The position numbers were made by a program, and so were the translations under genes. From Desulfuromonadaceae bacterium (lineage in GTDB: Bacteria > Desulfobacterota > Desulfuromonadia > Desulfuromonadales > Geopsychrobacteraceae), in assembly GCA_030595055.1 (NCBI GenBank), contig JAUVEB010000001.1:1-56002 (forward strand): 56,002 bases of DNA. Direction: 5' to 3'. Shown piece by piece: positions 9,939 to 17,370 of the stretch. The stretch's first letter is position 1, and every line of letters starts with the position of its first letter. The notes under the pieces were generated by a model, which did not search any database, had not been told where the DNA came from, and saw nothing but the letters and a program-made list of their open reading frames with translations.

Positions 9939-10012
9939 CTTTGTTCTTTTTCCACAGGTGTTCCAATGTTTCAGCAAATACAGGAAAAATCGGACGAGCT
10001 GTGATAATACCC

Positions 10013-10519
10013 CTACTTTCGTTCCAGCTGTTCAAAAATCCATCCCTGCAGGAGTGCACCGATAATGATATAAAAAGAGAGGACAAGGGTGAAAATCACA
10101 CCGAAATAGTCGATCATTATCGGCAGGAGCGGGAGCTTTATCGCTCTGGTATAAAAAAAGACTACGATCAGGCCGTCCCTCAGGCCGTGGCTGCGCATAT
10201 CTTCGATCATCGGATACCAGGCATACATGGGCCCGTGACTGATCACCCCGGCAAATGAGGCGACAAGCCAGCCCTTTGCACCGCTTTCTTCCCCGAGATG
10301 TTTCACAATCTGTTTTGGCTGCAAGAAATAGTTAAGAAGGGCAGTGAAGACGATGACAACCGCAAATATCGGCAGAATTTTCAACACAACCCGGGCGCTT
10401 TTCTGCAGGGCCGGCAGGGCGGTGTGGCTATCGAAGAAAAAAAGACCGATATAGACGGCGAGAACCAGAAGAGCAAAGAACTTGCCGCGGAAGGCAAAGG
10501 GCTTTTCTTTTTCTTTCAT
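10013..10519 (-). CDS. Small predicted permease (DUF318/ArsP-like half)
   Basis: Hydrophobic 168 aa with HLGEESGAKG and GVISHGPMYAWYP motifs. Confidence 0.8.
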   Translation of the reverse strand: MKEKEKPFAFRGKFFALLVLAVYIGLFFFDSHTALPALQKSARVVLKILPIFAVVIVFTALLNYFLQPKQIVKHLGEESGAKGWLVASFAGVISHGPMYAWYPMIEDMRSHGLRDGLIVVFFYTRAIKLPLLPIMIDYFGVIFTLVLSFYIIIGALLQGWIFEQLERK

Positions 10520-10992
10520 ATCAGTGCCTGTATGGTGACGGAGGTCAGGACTGCAATGATCACAGTGAAGACAAAGGCCAGAATATTGCGATAGAAAGTA
10601 AAAGAAAAACCAAGCACCTCGGCCTCGGCCGGCAGGTGGACAAAACCCAGCGTTACCCAGGACAGGATAAAGGCGCTCACCGCATAGAGGGAAATTCCCT
10701 GTCCCAGCAATTCACCGCCGAACATATAACCGACCACGGGACTACCGGAAGCGGTCGCACCGACCAAGGTGCCGATCAAGGTGTCGACTAGCGCATTATC
10801 ACGAAAAATAGAGGTGAGGACCTTGGGAGTTACCAGTACCTGGAAGAGCCCGACCAGGCCGATAACACCGATAAGCATGGGGGACATGGCCCAGAAAGCA
10901 AGGCTGCTCTTTTTCAGTGCCTGTTGCAATGAGGGCTTTTTTTGTTGTTTTCCGTTTTTCGATTTTTGCCCATTCATTTTTCTATCTCCCAT
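10516..10992 (-). CDS. Small predicted permease (partner half)
   Basis: Hydrophobic 158 aa with GSPVVGY and LPAEAEVLG motifs; ATGA-coupled to the next gene. Confidence 0.8.
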   Translation of the reverse strand: MGDRKMNGQKSKNGKQQKKPSLQQALKKSSLAFWAMSPMLIGVIGLVGLFQVLVTPKVLTSIFRDNALVDTLIGTLVGATASGSPVVGYMFGGELLGQGISLYAVSAFILSWVTLGFVHLPAEAEVLGFSFTFYRNILAFVFTVIIAVLTSVTIQALI

Positions 10993-11043
10993 GAACCATT
11001 CCTTTCAAAAAAGTTGCGCCGGTGTGACCATCACAGCAGGACT

Positions 11044-12006
11044 TTAAGTGGCTACGATTTTTTTTAACCGGCGCAGATAAAACCTCTTCCCTTCATAATC
11101 AGTTGCAAAGATACGGTCTTGAACGACCAGGGCATCAATAAGGGACCAGTCAGCCCCGGCCTTTGCCAGAAATTTGCGCACCGCCTCCTCCTGCATTGGA
11201 TGTACGGCAACAATGTTTAACAGGTCCTCCTCGACATTTCCCGATAAAGAAAAAGAATTGCCCTCATAGCCAAACAAACATTCAACATCTTCAACGCTCT
11301 TACTGACAACTTGATAGGCCATGTTCAGGACATTTTCAGCAGGAGGAGATACCCACCTCTCGGCAGGCGGCCTTGTGGGAACCGACAGATATGCCTTGAC
11401 CGGGTTAAGCTGCCCCAACAGGTCGGCCACCTTTTTGATATCATCCGGGCTGTCATTAACGCCGCGAACAAGCATTGTCTCTGTGACCAACTCTCCCTCA
11501 TATTCTTCAGCAAACCGAAGCATCGCCTCCAAGATGATGGCTGGATTCAGGCCGCGATGGGGCCGGTCAATGCGCCGCCAGACATCTATTGATACGGCAT
11601 CTACCTTGAGAGAAACCCAATCTGCTTTAGCCAAATCATTTCTGACGTTTTCCTGCCAGAGGAGTGAGGCATTGCTGATCACCGCAATCTTCGCTCCCAG
11701 AGGCCGTAACAGGTCAATTGCCCTGCCGAGGTTTATATCCAACGTCGGTTCGCCGTCAGAGACAAAGGTCAGGAAATCAATGGATTCCCCCAACTCCTTA
11801 GCCCTGCTTATCTTCCTTTTAACCTCCGTCAAAATGGTCTCTGGCTCATAAAATGGTTGCCTGGTAATCTGCATCTTATCCGTCCTGCCAACCTGGCAAT
11901 ATACACACGAGTAAGAGCATACCTTTGGAGGAATATTGTTAATTCCCAAGCTACGGCCAAGGCGTCGAGAGGGAACTGGACCAAATGTAATCATAGATGA
12001 ACTCAT
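11044..12006 (-). CDS. Radical SAM protein
   Basis: FGPVPSRRLGRSLGIN, CxxxCxxC (CSYSCVYC) and DGEPTL. AAGGA lies before ATG 12006. Confidence 0.9.
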   Translation of the reverse strand: MSSSMITFGPVPSRRLGRSLGINNIPPKVCSYSCVYCQVGRTDKMQITRQPFYEPETILTEVKRKISRAKELGESIDFLTFVSDGEPTLDINLGRAIDLLRPLGAKIAVISNASLLWQENVRNDLAKADWVSLKVDAVSIDVWRRIDRPHRGLNPAIILEAMLRFAEEYEGELVTETMLVRGVNDSPDDIKKVADLLGQLNPVKAYLSVPTRPPAERWVSPPAENVLNMAYQVVSKSVEDVECLFGYEGNSFSLSGNVEEDLLNIVAVHPMQEEAVRKFLAKAGADWSLIDALVVQDRIFATDYEGKRFYLRRLKKIVAT

Positions 12007-12055
12007 AGCTGAATAATCCTTTAATGACTTTTTCCCAACAGGGCAGTGATTAATT

Positions 12056-12225
12056 TTATGGTAACTCCTCACCGCTTATGCGTTTCCCAACACCGACATT
12101 TATAATATTCTCGGTATTCTTCTTCAAATATTTGTCTTGCCAATTCTCCCGAACAATGAGAGGGACCAACATGTTTCTCTCCCAGGTGCTTGAAGGTAGC
12201 AACAACTTTCTTTAGTTCTTTCCGG
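12056..12225 (-). pseudogene. 3' remnant of an MBL-fold metallo-hydrolase gene
   Basis: Manual translation ELKKVVATFKHLGEKHVGPSHCSGELARQIFEEEYRE, then a frame change to INVGVGKRISGEELP*. This has the PxHC(S/T)G and GVG C-terminal pattern; no in-frame start codon. Confidence 0.6.
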
Positions 12226-12244
12226 AAGGGGTTATTGTCATAAA

Positions 12245-13177
12245 TTAATGGTTATGTTCAGATTCTTCTTCGCCGGCATGGATCAATCCTTGGGCGTAAT
12301 CCTCATGCCAGCTTGCCGGCACAGGCATTGTCTCATAGAGTGCAGCTCTTTCGGCCTCGAGGAGAAGACGTTTTCTGCCCATAAAATCAGCTGCACAATA
12401 TACCTGTTTTCCAGCCTCTGCGGAAAGAGCGTCCAGCCATTTGAGCCCCTGTCGGTCACGCATGAGGTGATGATCGAGGATGAGGATATCCACAGTAGTC
12501 GCCAAACGCAGGGCGTTCTGCCATGCTACGGTACGCAGCTCATCTGTGAGTGTCTCAATATAGAGTGGTGGTCCCGCAGCAAGGACTATATCTGCCTGCC
12601 AGGCGATAATAAAATCAACGGTAGCAGAATCCAACAACTGAATATCCGATGTATGCAGAAAAACTTTATCGCCCAGATTAATTCGAGTCATCATAACAGT
12701 GCCTCGATTACTGCCTTTGGCCCCATGCGGCATGGCTTTTGAGAAGGTCATGGGGCCAGCTGAGAGGCCCTCAGCCACATGGAAATTCGGGCCCAGGAGT
12801 TCCCTTAAATCTTGGGCGCGCTGTTTCATTTTCTCTCCAAGAGAGTCCATTGATTTACTCCAACAGCAAACATTCTGAAAGGTTACCGGGAGATGCCGAA
12901 TTGCCAGCTGGTATGGATTCGCCTTCCGGAGAGGCACATGATCACCGTGGAAATGACTGAACACAACATCCGTTGCCTCTGTCAATGCCTCGATGATCCG
13001 TTGTCGTACTCGTTCACCTTCTGCAACTTGGAGTGGATGAGGAAGTAAGCCGTGACGTATATATCCCAAGGCCACTCCCGGATCAATTAAGATCCGCCGT
13101 TTTCCCACCTTAACAAAACAACTCAAGCCCCGGACCCCTAAAGATTCCGTACCGATAATTTCAATGGATTTACTCAT
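12245..13177 (-). CDS. MBL-fold metallo-hydrolase (UPF0282-like)
   Basis: ESLGVRG, IDPGVALG, SHFHGDH and LDHHLMR motifs. Confidence 0.85.
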   Translation of the reverse strand: MSKSIEIIGTESLGVRGLSCFVKVGKRRILIDPGVALGYIRHGLLPHPLQVAEGERVRQRIIEALTEATDVVFSHFHGDHVPLRKANPYQLAIRHLPVTFQNVCCWSKSMDSLGEKMKQRAQDLRELLGPNFHVAEGLSAGPMTFSKAMPHGAKGSNRGTVMMTRINLGDKVFLHTSDIQLLDSATVDFIIAWQADIVLAAGPPLYIETLTDELRTVAWQNALRLATTVDILILDHHLMRDRQGLKWLDALSAEAGKQVYCAADFMGRKRLLLEAERAALYETMPVPASWHEDYAQGLIHAGEEESEHNH

Positions 13178-13509
13178 AAAGTATCAGGTGCCTTCCTGCC
13201 ATGAAGATAAATCTTCCTCCTGTTATTCTGTAAGTGTATCGATGTGTACCTTCATCGCACTAACAGAACGTTGAAAAACCAACCGGGAGATGGCTTTTTT
13301 CTACCAGCTGGTTACTTTGCACATCATGGACATTACAACCGTGCAGGCACAACCGTTTTCGCAGGTAGTCCGCGCCGAAGATCAACGGGACTCCCAGCCA
13401 TGCCGCCAGGCAAACCGAGTCGGCCACCGGTCCCCGGAAACCGGCCGGGATCAGGTCCTGTTCCAACGGGTCCCGGGCATACTGAACGGCCGCTACAAAC
13501 TCTCAATAT

Positions 13510-13661
13510 TGATGCACTCGCAAAAAGTCATGAGATGGCTAAGCAAAAATTTCGACCTACAAGGCGTAGTGGTTTTTCAGGGGTGAAGGCATACATATGG
13601 TATGTCGAGGTCCTGAAAAAACGCTGCAACGCAGTAGGGCGGACTTTTTGCGACGCCATCA
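13510..13661. mobile_element. Non-coding MITE-like element, second family
   Basis: TIR TGATGCACTCGCAAAAAGTC / GACTTTTTGCGACGCCATCA (17/20). Its right end recurs at 43895-43939. Confidence 0.75.
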
Positions 13662-13682
13662 GCCTTGTCCGTTGAAAAACAT
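13659..13682 (-). pseudogene. Truncated start of the riboswitch-controlled gene (MFFNGQG*)
   Basis: AAGGAGG SD (13687-13693) and ATG at 13682; the TGA stop is the first triplet of the MITE end. Confidence 0.55.
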
Positions 13683-13716
13683 TTGACCTCCTTAGCTTCG
13701 GAGATGCCTGTCAGGC

Positions 13717-13754
13717 AAAAAAATCCCCGAACCAATAAATATTGATTCGGGGAT
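13717..13754 (-). terminator. Intrinsic terminator, expression platform of the minus-strand riboswitch
   Basis: ATCCCCGAATCAAT-loop-ATTGGTTCGGGGAT followed by a T-run on the minus strand. Confidence 0.8.
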
Positions 13755-13821
13755 GCCCTGATTTTCCACGAATAAGTCTGAGCTTTCTTACCCCTTGACC
13801 ACGGAGGCAGGCTCTTTATAT

Positions 13822-13990
13822 TTTTCAGACAGGTCTTCTGACTTCTGGTTCATCCTACTGGTTGCGTCTTCCCATCTGCGTTCAGCAAACAGTGACATCA
13901 TGCAACGTTCGTCCCCAGTTACAGCGGCGAGCCCGTCCCGGATTCACACCGCGTTCCCTATTAAGCTCAATTGAGAGCATCTGAAAATTT
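13822..13990 (-). ncRNA. Cobalamin riboswitch (long, class I / AdoCbl-like)
   Basis: Minus strand reads TTAATAGGGAACGCGGTGTGAATCCGGGACGGGCTCGCCGCTGTAA...GTCACTG...GGGAAG...B12 box AAGTCAGAAGACCTGTC. Confidence 0.92.
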
Positions 13991-14180
13991 AGGCGACGAT
14001 AACTGAAAAAAGGATGAAGTCACCACCTTTTATCAATACTGTTAGAAACAGGCAGAGAATCTATAGTTGTGGTACCTGAGCAGATCCCGATTGGAGACTT
14101 GATTCGTGAGTTTGAACAGGAGTTGAATTTTTTTCTTGCAGAAGTGTTTCTTTTACTCTCTAATTTACGAATACTAAAAA

Positions 14181-14280
14181 TAATGGCATAGAGGGAAGGA
14201 AGACGGTGCAGATCCGTCACGGACCCGCCACTGTGACCAGAGAAAATTCTCTTTGGAAGTCAGAGACTTACCCCCTATTA
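14181..14280 (+). ncRNA. Cobalamin riboswitch (compact variant)
   Basis: GGAAGACGGTGCAGATCCGTCACGGACCCGCCACTGTGA, a short stem, then B12 box AAGTCAGAGACTTACC; it leads the cob operon. Confidence 0.85.
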
Positions 14281-14346
14281 AGCCAACACTACCTGTACTC
14301 CGCGGAATGAGAACTCAGGCAGACAAATCCAAGGATAATATACGGT

Positions 14347-14383
14347 ATCCCGGAGCCTCGATTACAGGCTCCGGGATTTTTTT
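14347..14383 (+). terminator. Attenuator terminator in the cob operon leader
   Basis: ATCCCGGAGCCT-CGATTAC-AGGCTCCGGGAT followed by TTTTTT. Confidence 0.85.
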
Positions 14384-14393
14384 GGGAAATTTT

Positions 14394-14990
14394 GTGGAAA
14401 AGACTATCCATTTTGTTCGTCACGGGGAAGTAAAAGCCCGTTCCGGAATATATTTAGGAACCACCGATGTGGAGCTTAATGATCGTGGAAGGGAGCAGAG
14501 TGCCTGGTTGGCAGACAGGCTTTCGTCCCTTCCTGTTGACCGATGTTTTTGTAGCCCGCTGTTGCGTGCACAACAAACCGCTTTGAACCTGGCAGGAAAC
14601 AAAGGGGTTGAAATTGAGATGCATGATGCTTTGCGGGAGATCGATTTTGGCCGTTGGGAAGGGCGCAGTTTCGCAGAGATTGAAGGTGATGATCCTCAAA
14701 AGGCGGCGGATTGGTGTAGTAACCCGCTGGATTTTTCTTTTCCCGAAGGTAATTCGGTGGTGGAGTTTATGGAGCGTTTGCAAAGGTATCTCCTGTGGCT
14801 GAAAAATGTGGAGGGTAACCATCTTCTGCTGGTGACGCATGGCGGTGTGATTCGTATCCTTCTGACTCTTTTGCTACAACTTGATCCCGATCGACAATTC
14901 ATGTTTGAAGTGGCGCGCGGCTCACTCAGCACAGTAAAAATCATTGATACAACCGCTGTTCTCACGGGACTGAATTATGGCATGGGCTAA
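14394..14990 (+). CDS. cobC: Alpha-ribazole / adenosylcobalamin phosphatase
   Basis: Histidine phosphatase motifs RHGE, SPLLRA, LREIDFGRWEG and THGGVIR. GTG start just after the attenuator. Confidence 0.85.
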   Translation: MEKTIHFVRHGEVKARSGIYLGTTDVELNDRGREQSAWLADRLSSLPVDRCFCSPLLRAQQTALNLAGNKGVEIEMHDALREIDFGRWEGRSFAEIEGDDPQKAADWCSNPLDFSFPEGNSVVEFMERLQRYLLWLKNVEGNHLLLVTHGGVIRILLTLLLQLDPDRQFMFEVARGSLSTVKIIDTTAVLTGLNYGMG

Positions 14991-15525
14991 CTTGATTTAT
15001 ATCAGCGGTGGGTGTCGTAGCGGTAAGAGCGATTATGCCCAGAAACTCGCAGAAAGTTTGCCCGGAAAACGGGCTTATCTGGCCACCTGCCCACACATTG
15101 ATACGGAGATGGAGCAACGTATTGCGCTACATCAACAGCAGCGAATCCATCGGCAATGGAAGACAATCGAAGCGCCACTGGATCTTGCTGGTGCGGTTGA
15201 GAAGGCATGGGACTTTGATGTTCTCCTCATCGATTGCCTGACTTTGTGGGTTAATAACCTCCTCTACGAAGCGGAGAAAAAGGGCGATCACCTTACCGAG
15301 CAGATAATCAGTACGCAATGCACGGAACTGGTCGATATTTGCCGGAAAAGGAAACAGACGATCATTTTTGTAAGCAATGAACTGGGAATGGGGTTGGTGC
15401 CTGCCGATTCTGTATCCAGGCACTACCGGGATTGTCTCGGACGTTGCAACCGGACCATCGCAAAGCTGGCAGATGAGGCTATATTTATGGTCTCTGGCAT
15501 TCCACTCACGTTGAAAGGGGCGTAA
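14977..15525 (+). CDS. cobU: Adenosylcobinamide kinase / phosphate guanylyltransferase
   Basis: GGCRSGKS, YLAT, IDCLTLW and VSNELGMGLVP motifs. Confidence 0.93.
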   Translation: MAWANLIYISGGCRSGKSDYAQKLAESLPGKRAYLATCPHIDTEMEQRIALHQQQRIHRQWKTIEAPLDLAGAVEKAWDFDVLLIDCLTLWVNNLLYEAEKKGDHLTEQIISTQCTELVDICRKRKQTIIFVSNELGMGLVPADSVSRHYRDCLGRCNRTIAKLADEAIFMVSGIPLTLKGA

Positions 15526-15534
15526 AGGCCAAAA

Positions 15535-16596
15535 TTGAATTTACTGAAAGAAACAATAGATGCTATTGAGGGGCAAAATGAAACTGTTCGTGCGCAGGCA
15601 AAAGAGCGTTTGGATCAGTTGATTATGCCGCACTGGGCGTTGGGCCGACTGATGGATCTGGCTTTGGATATGGCAGGTATTTGTGGTTCGGTGCGCCCCA
15701 GTGTTGAGCGCAAGACCATTGTTGTTATGGCTGGGGATCATGGTATTACCGATGCGGGTGTCAGCCTCTTTCCAAAAAAGATTACCGTGGAGATGGTGCG
15801 TGGATTTGTCAACGGTGTTGCAGGGATTAACGTACTCGCCAGACAAGCTGGTGCCGATGTCAAAGTTGTCGATATGGGTGTTGCAGGTGATCTTTCTGCT
15901 CTGGCTGCTGGCGGGAATATCCTTGACCGGAAGATTGCTGCCGGAACAGACAATTTTGCTGAAGGTCCGGCTATGGATCGGGATCAAGCTGTCCGTGCCC
16001 TTGAAGCTGGTATCAGTGTCGCGCAGGAACTTGCCGATTCCACCGATCTGTTTGGTACCGGTGATAGGGGTATCGGAAATACTTCTCCGAGCAGTGCAAT
16101 AGTTGCAACCCTTTGTCAGATGCCGGTTGCAGAGGTTGTCGGGAGGGGAACCGGGTTGGATAATGCGCAACTGGAGTATAAAATTAAAATTCTTGAAAAG
16201 GCTCTGGCCCTCAATAATCCTGATCCTTCCGACCCGATTGATGTGCTGAGCAAAGTGGGTGGTTTTGAAATTGCCGGCATTGCGGGTCTGGTTCTGGGTG
16301 CAGCTGCTTTGAAAAAACCAATTGTCATAGATGGCTTTATCTCAACGGCTGGAGCTTTGCTGACTGGCCGATTGGCTCCCAAAAGCAGGGAATACATGAT
16401 CGCAGCACACCGCAGTGTCGAAAAAGGCCAAGTTGCCGCACTGGCCGATCTGAAGAAAGAGCCTCTTCTTGATCTGCAGTTTCGTCTTGGAGTAGGGACG
16501 GGAGCTGCGGTTGCCATGAATCTGGTTGAAGGTGCCGTTGGTATATTAACTGAGATGGCGACATTCAGTGAAGCCGCTGTATCTGAAGCGAAATAG
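15535..16596 (+). CDS. cobT: Nicotinate-nucleotide:dimethylbenzimidazole phosphoribosyltransferase (degenerate active-site motifs)
   Basis: LGRL, AGDHG, GIGNT, GRGTG, DGFIST and MATF motifs; RLGVGTGA in place of RLGEG(S/T)GA. Confidence 0.9.
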   Translation: MNLLKETIDAIEGQNETVRAQAKERLDQLIMPHWALGRLMDLALDMAGICGSVRPSVERKTIVVMAGDHGITDAGVSLFPKKITVEMVRGFVNGVAGINVLARQAGADVKVVDMGVAGDLSALAAGGNILDRKIAAGTDNFAEGPAMDRDQAVRALEAGISVAQELADSTDLFGTGDRGIGNTSPSSAIVATLCQMPVAEVVGRGTGLDNAQLEYKIKILEKALALNNPDPSDPIDVLSKVGGFEIAGIAGLVLGAAALKKPIVIDGFISTAGALLTGRLAPKSREYMIAAHRSVEKGQVAALADLKKEPLLDLQFRLGVGTGAAVAMNLVEGAVGILTEMATFSEAAVSEAK

Positions 16597-16611
16597 CAGG
16601 CTGTTATTGGA

Positions 16612-17370
16612 ATGAATCTAAAACCTTTCTTTTCAGCTCTCCGTTTTCTCACCATTTTGCCGGTTCCAGAGTCCTGGTGTGGTGATGAAGCCAGCTTTCT
16701 CAAAAGCCCCGACTGGTACCCTCTGGTGGGGTTGCTGATCGGCTTGCTGATGGTGGTTGTGGATCTCGTTCTGTGCTGGCTGTTGCCTGTGCCGGTTGCC
16801 AGTGTGTTGCTACTACTGGCAATGATCTCTATTTCAGGTGCGTTGCACCTGGATGGTCTGGCTGACAGTGCCGATGCATTTTTCAGTAGCCGAGGACGGG
16901 AGCGGATGCTGGAGATCATGAAGGACAGTCGCTCTGGTCCCATGGGTGTCACGGCAATTGTTTTCATTCTGCTGCTCAAACTGATGTTGCTTCTCTCATT
17001 GCCGCAAGCCTGGCGCTGGCAGGTTGTTCTGTTGATGCCCGTTGCTGGGCGATGTGTGTTGCCGGTCATCAGCAGTTGGCTCCCTTACGCACGGCGTGAA
17101 GGAACGGCGGCTTTTACCCGAAGCTCATTCAGTTGGTTGCGCTTGATCTCTGCATTGGCTGTGTTGTTGATCCCCTCTTTTGCCCTATTGGGTTGGAAAG
17201 CAGGATTGTTTGTTATTGCCACTGTCTGTTTTGGCGGCTGGCTACTGAGCCTCTATAGCCATCGCAAGATTGGTGGTTTTACCGGTGATACCCTAGGTGC
17301 AATTTGCGAACTTATGGAATTATTACCGGTGCTCTGTATTGTCGTTCTCGCTCATCAAGGGATGATCTGA
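16612..17370 (+). CDS. cobS: Cobalamin synthase
   Basis: FLTILPVP, GALHLDGLADSADA, IMKDSRSG and GGFTGDTLGA motifs. Confidence 0.93.
   Translation: MNLKPFFSALRFLTILPVPESWCGDEASFLKSPDWYPLVGLLIGLLMVVVDLVLCWLLPVPVASVLLLLAMISISGALHLDGLADSADAFFSSRGRERMLEIMKDSRSGPMGVTAIVFILLLKLMLLLSLPQAWRWQVVLLMPVAGRCVLPVISSWLPYARREGTAAFTRSSFSWLRLISALAVLLIPSFALLGWKAGLFVIATVCFGGWLLSLYSHRKIGGFTGDTLGAICELMELLPVLCIVVLAHQGMI

Noticed and set aside
13244-13675. Plus-strand ORFs 13244-13675 and 13290-13586
   Set aside because: They run through the MITE and antisense to the coding-like fragment; no SD or motifs.
14018-14191. Open frame LLETGRESIVVVPEQIPIGDLIREFEQ between the riboswitches, faintly HemD C-terminus-like
   Set aside because: No convincing start or SD, and the resemblance is too weak to support without BLASTX.
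14253-14393. 47-aa N-terminal extension of cobC in the ORF track
   Set aside because: It overlaps the riboswitch and attenuator; the GTG at 14394 fits the phosphatase domain start.
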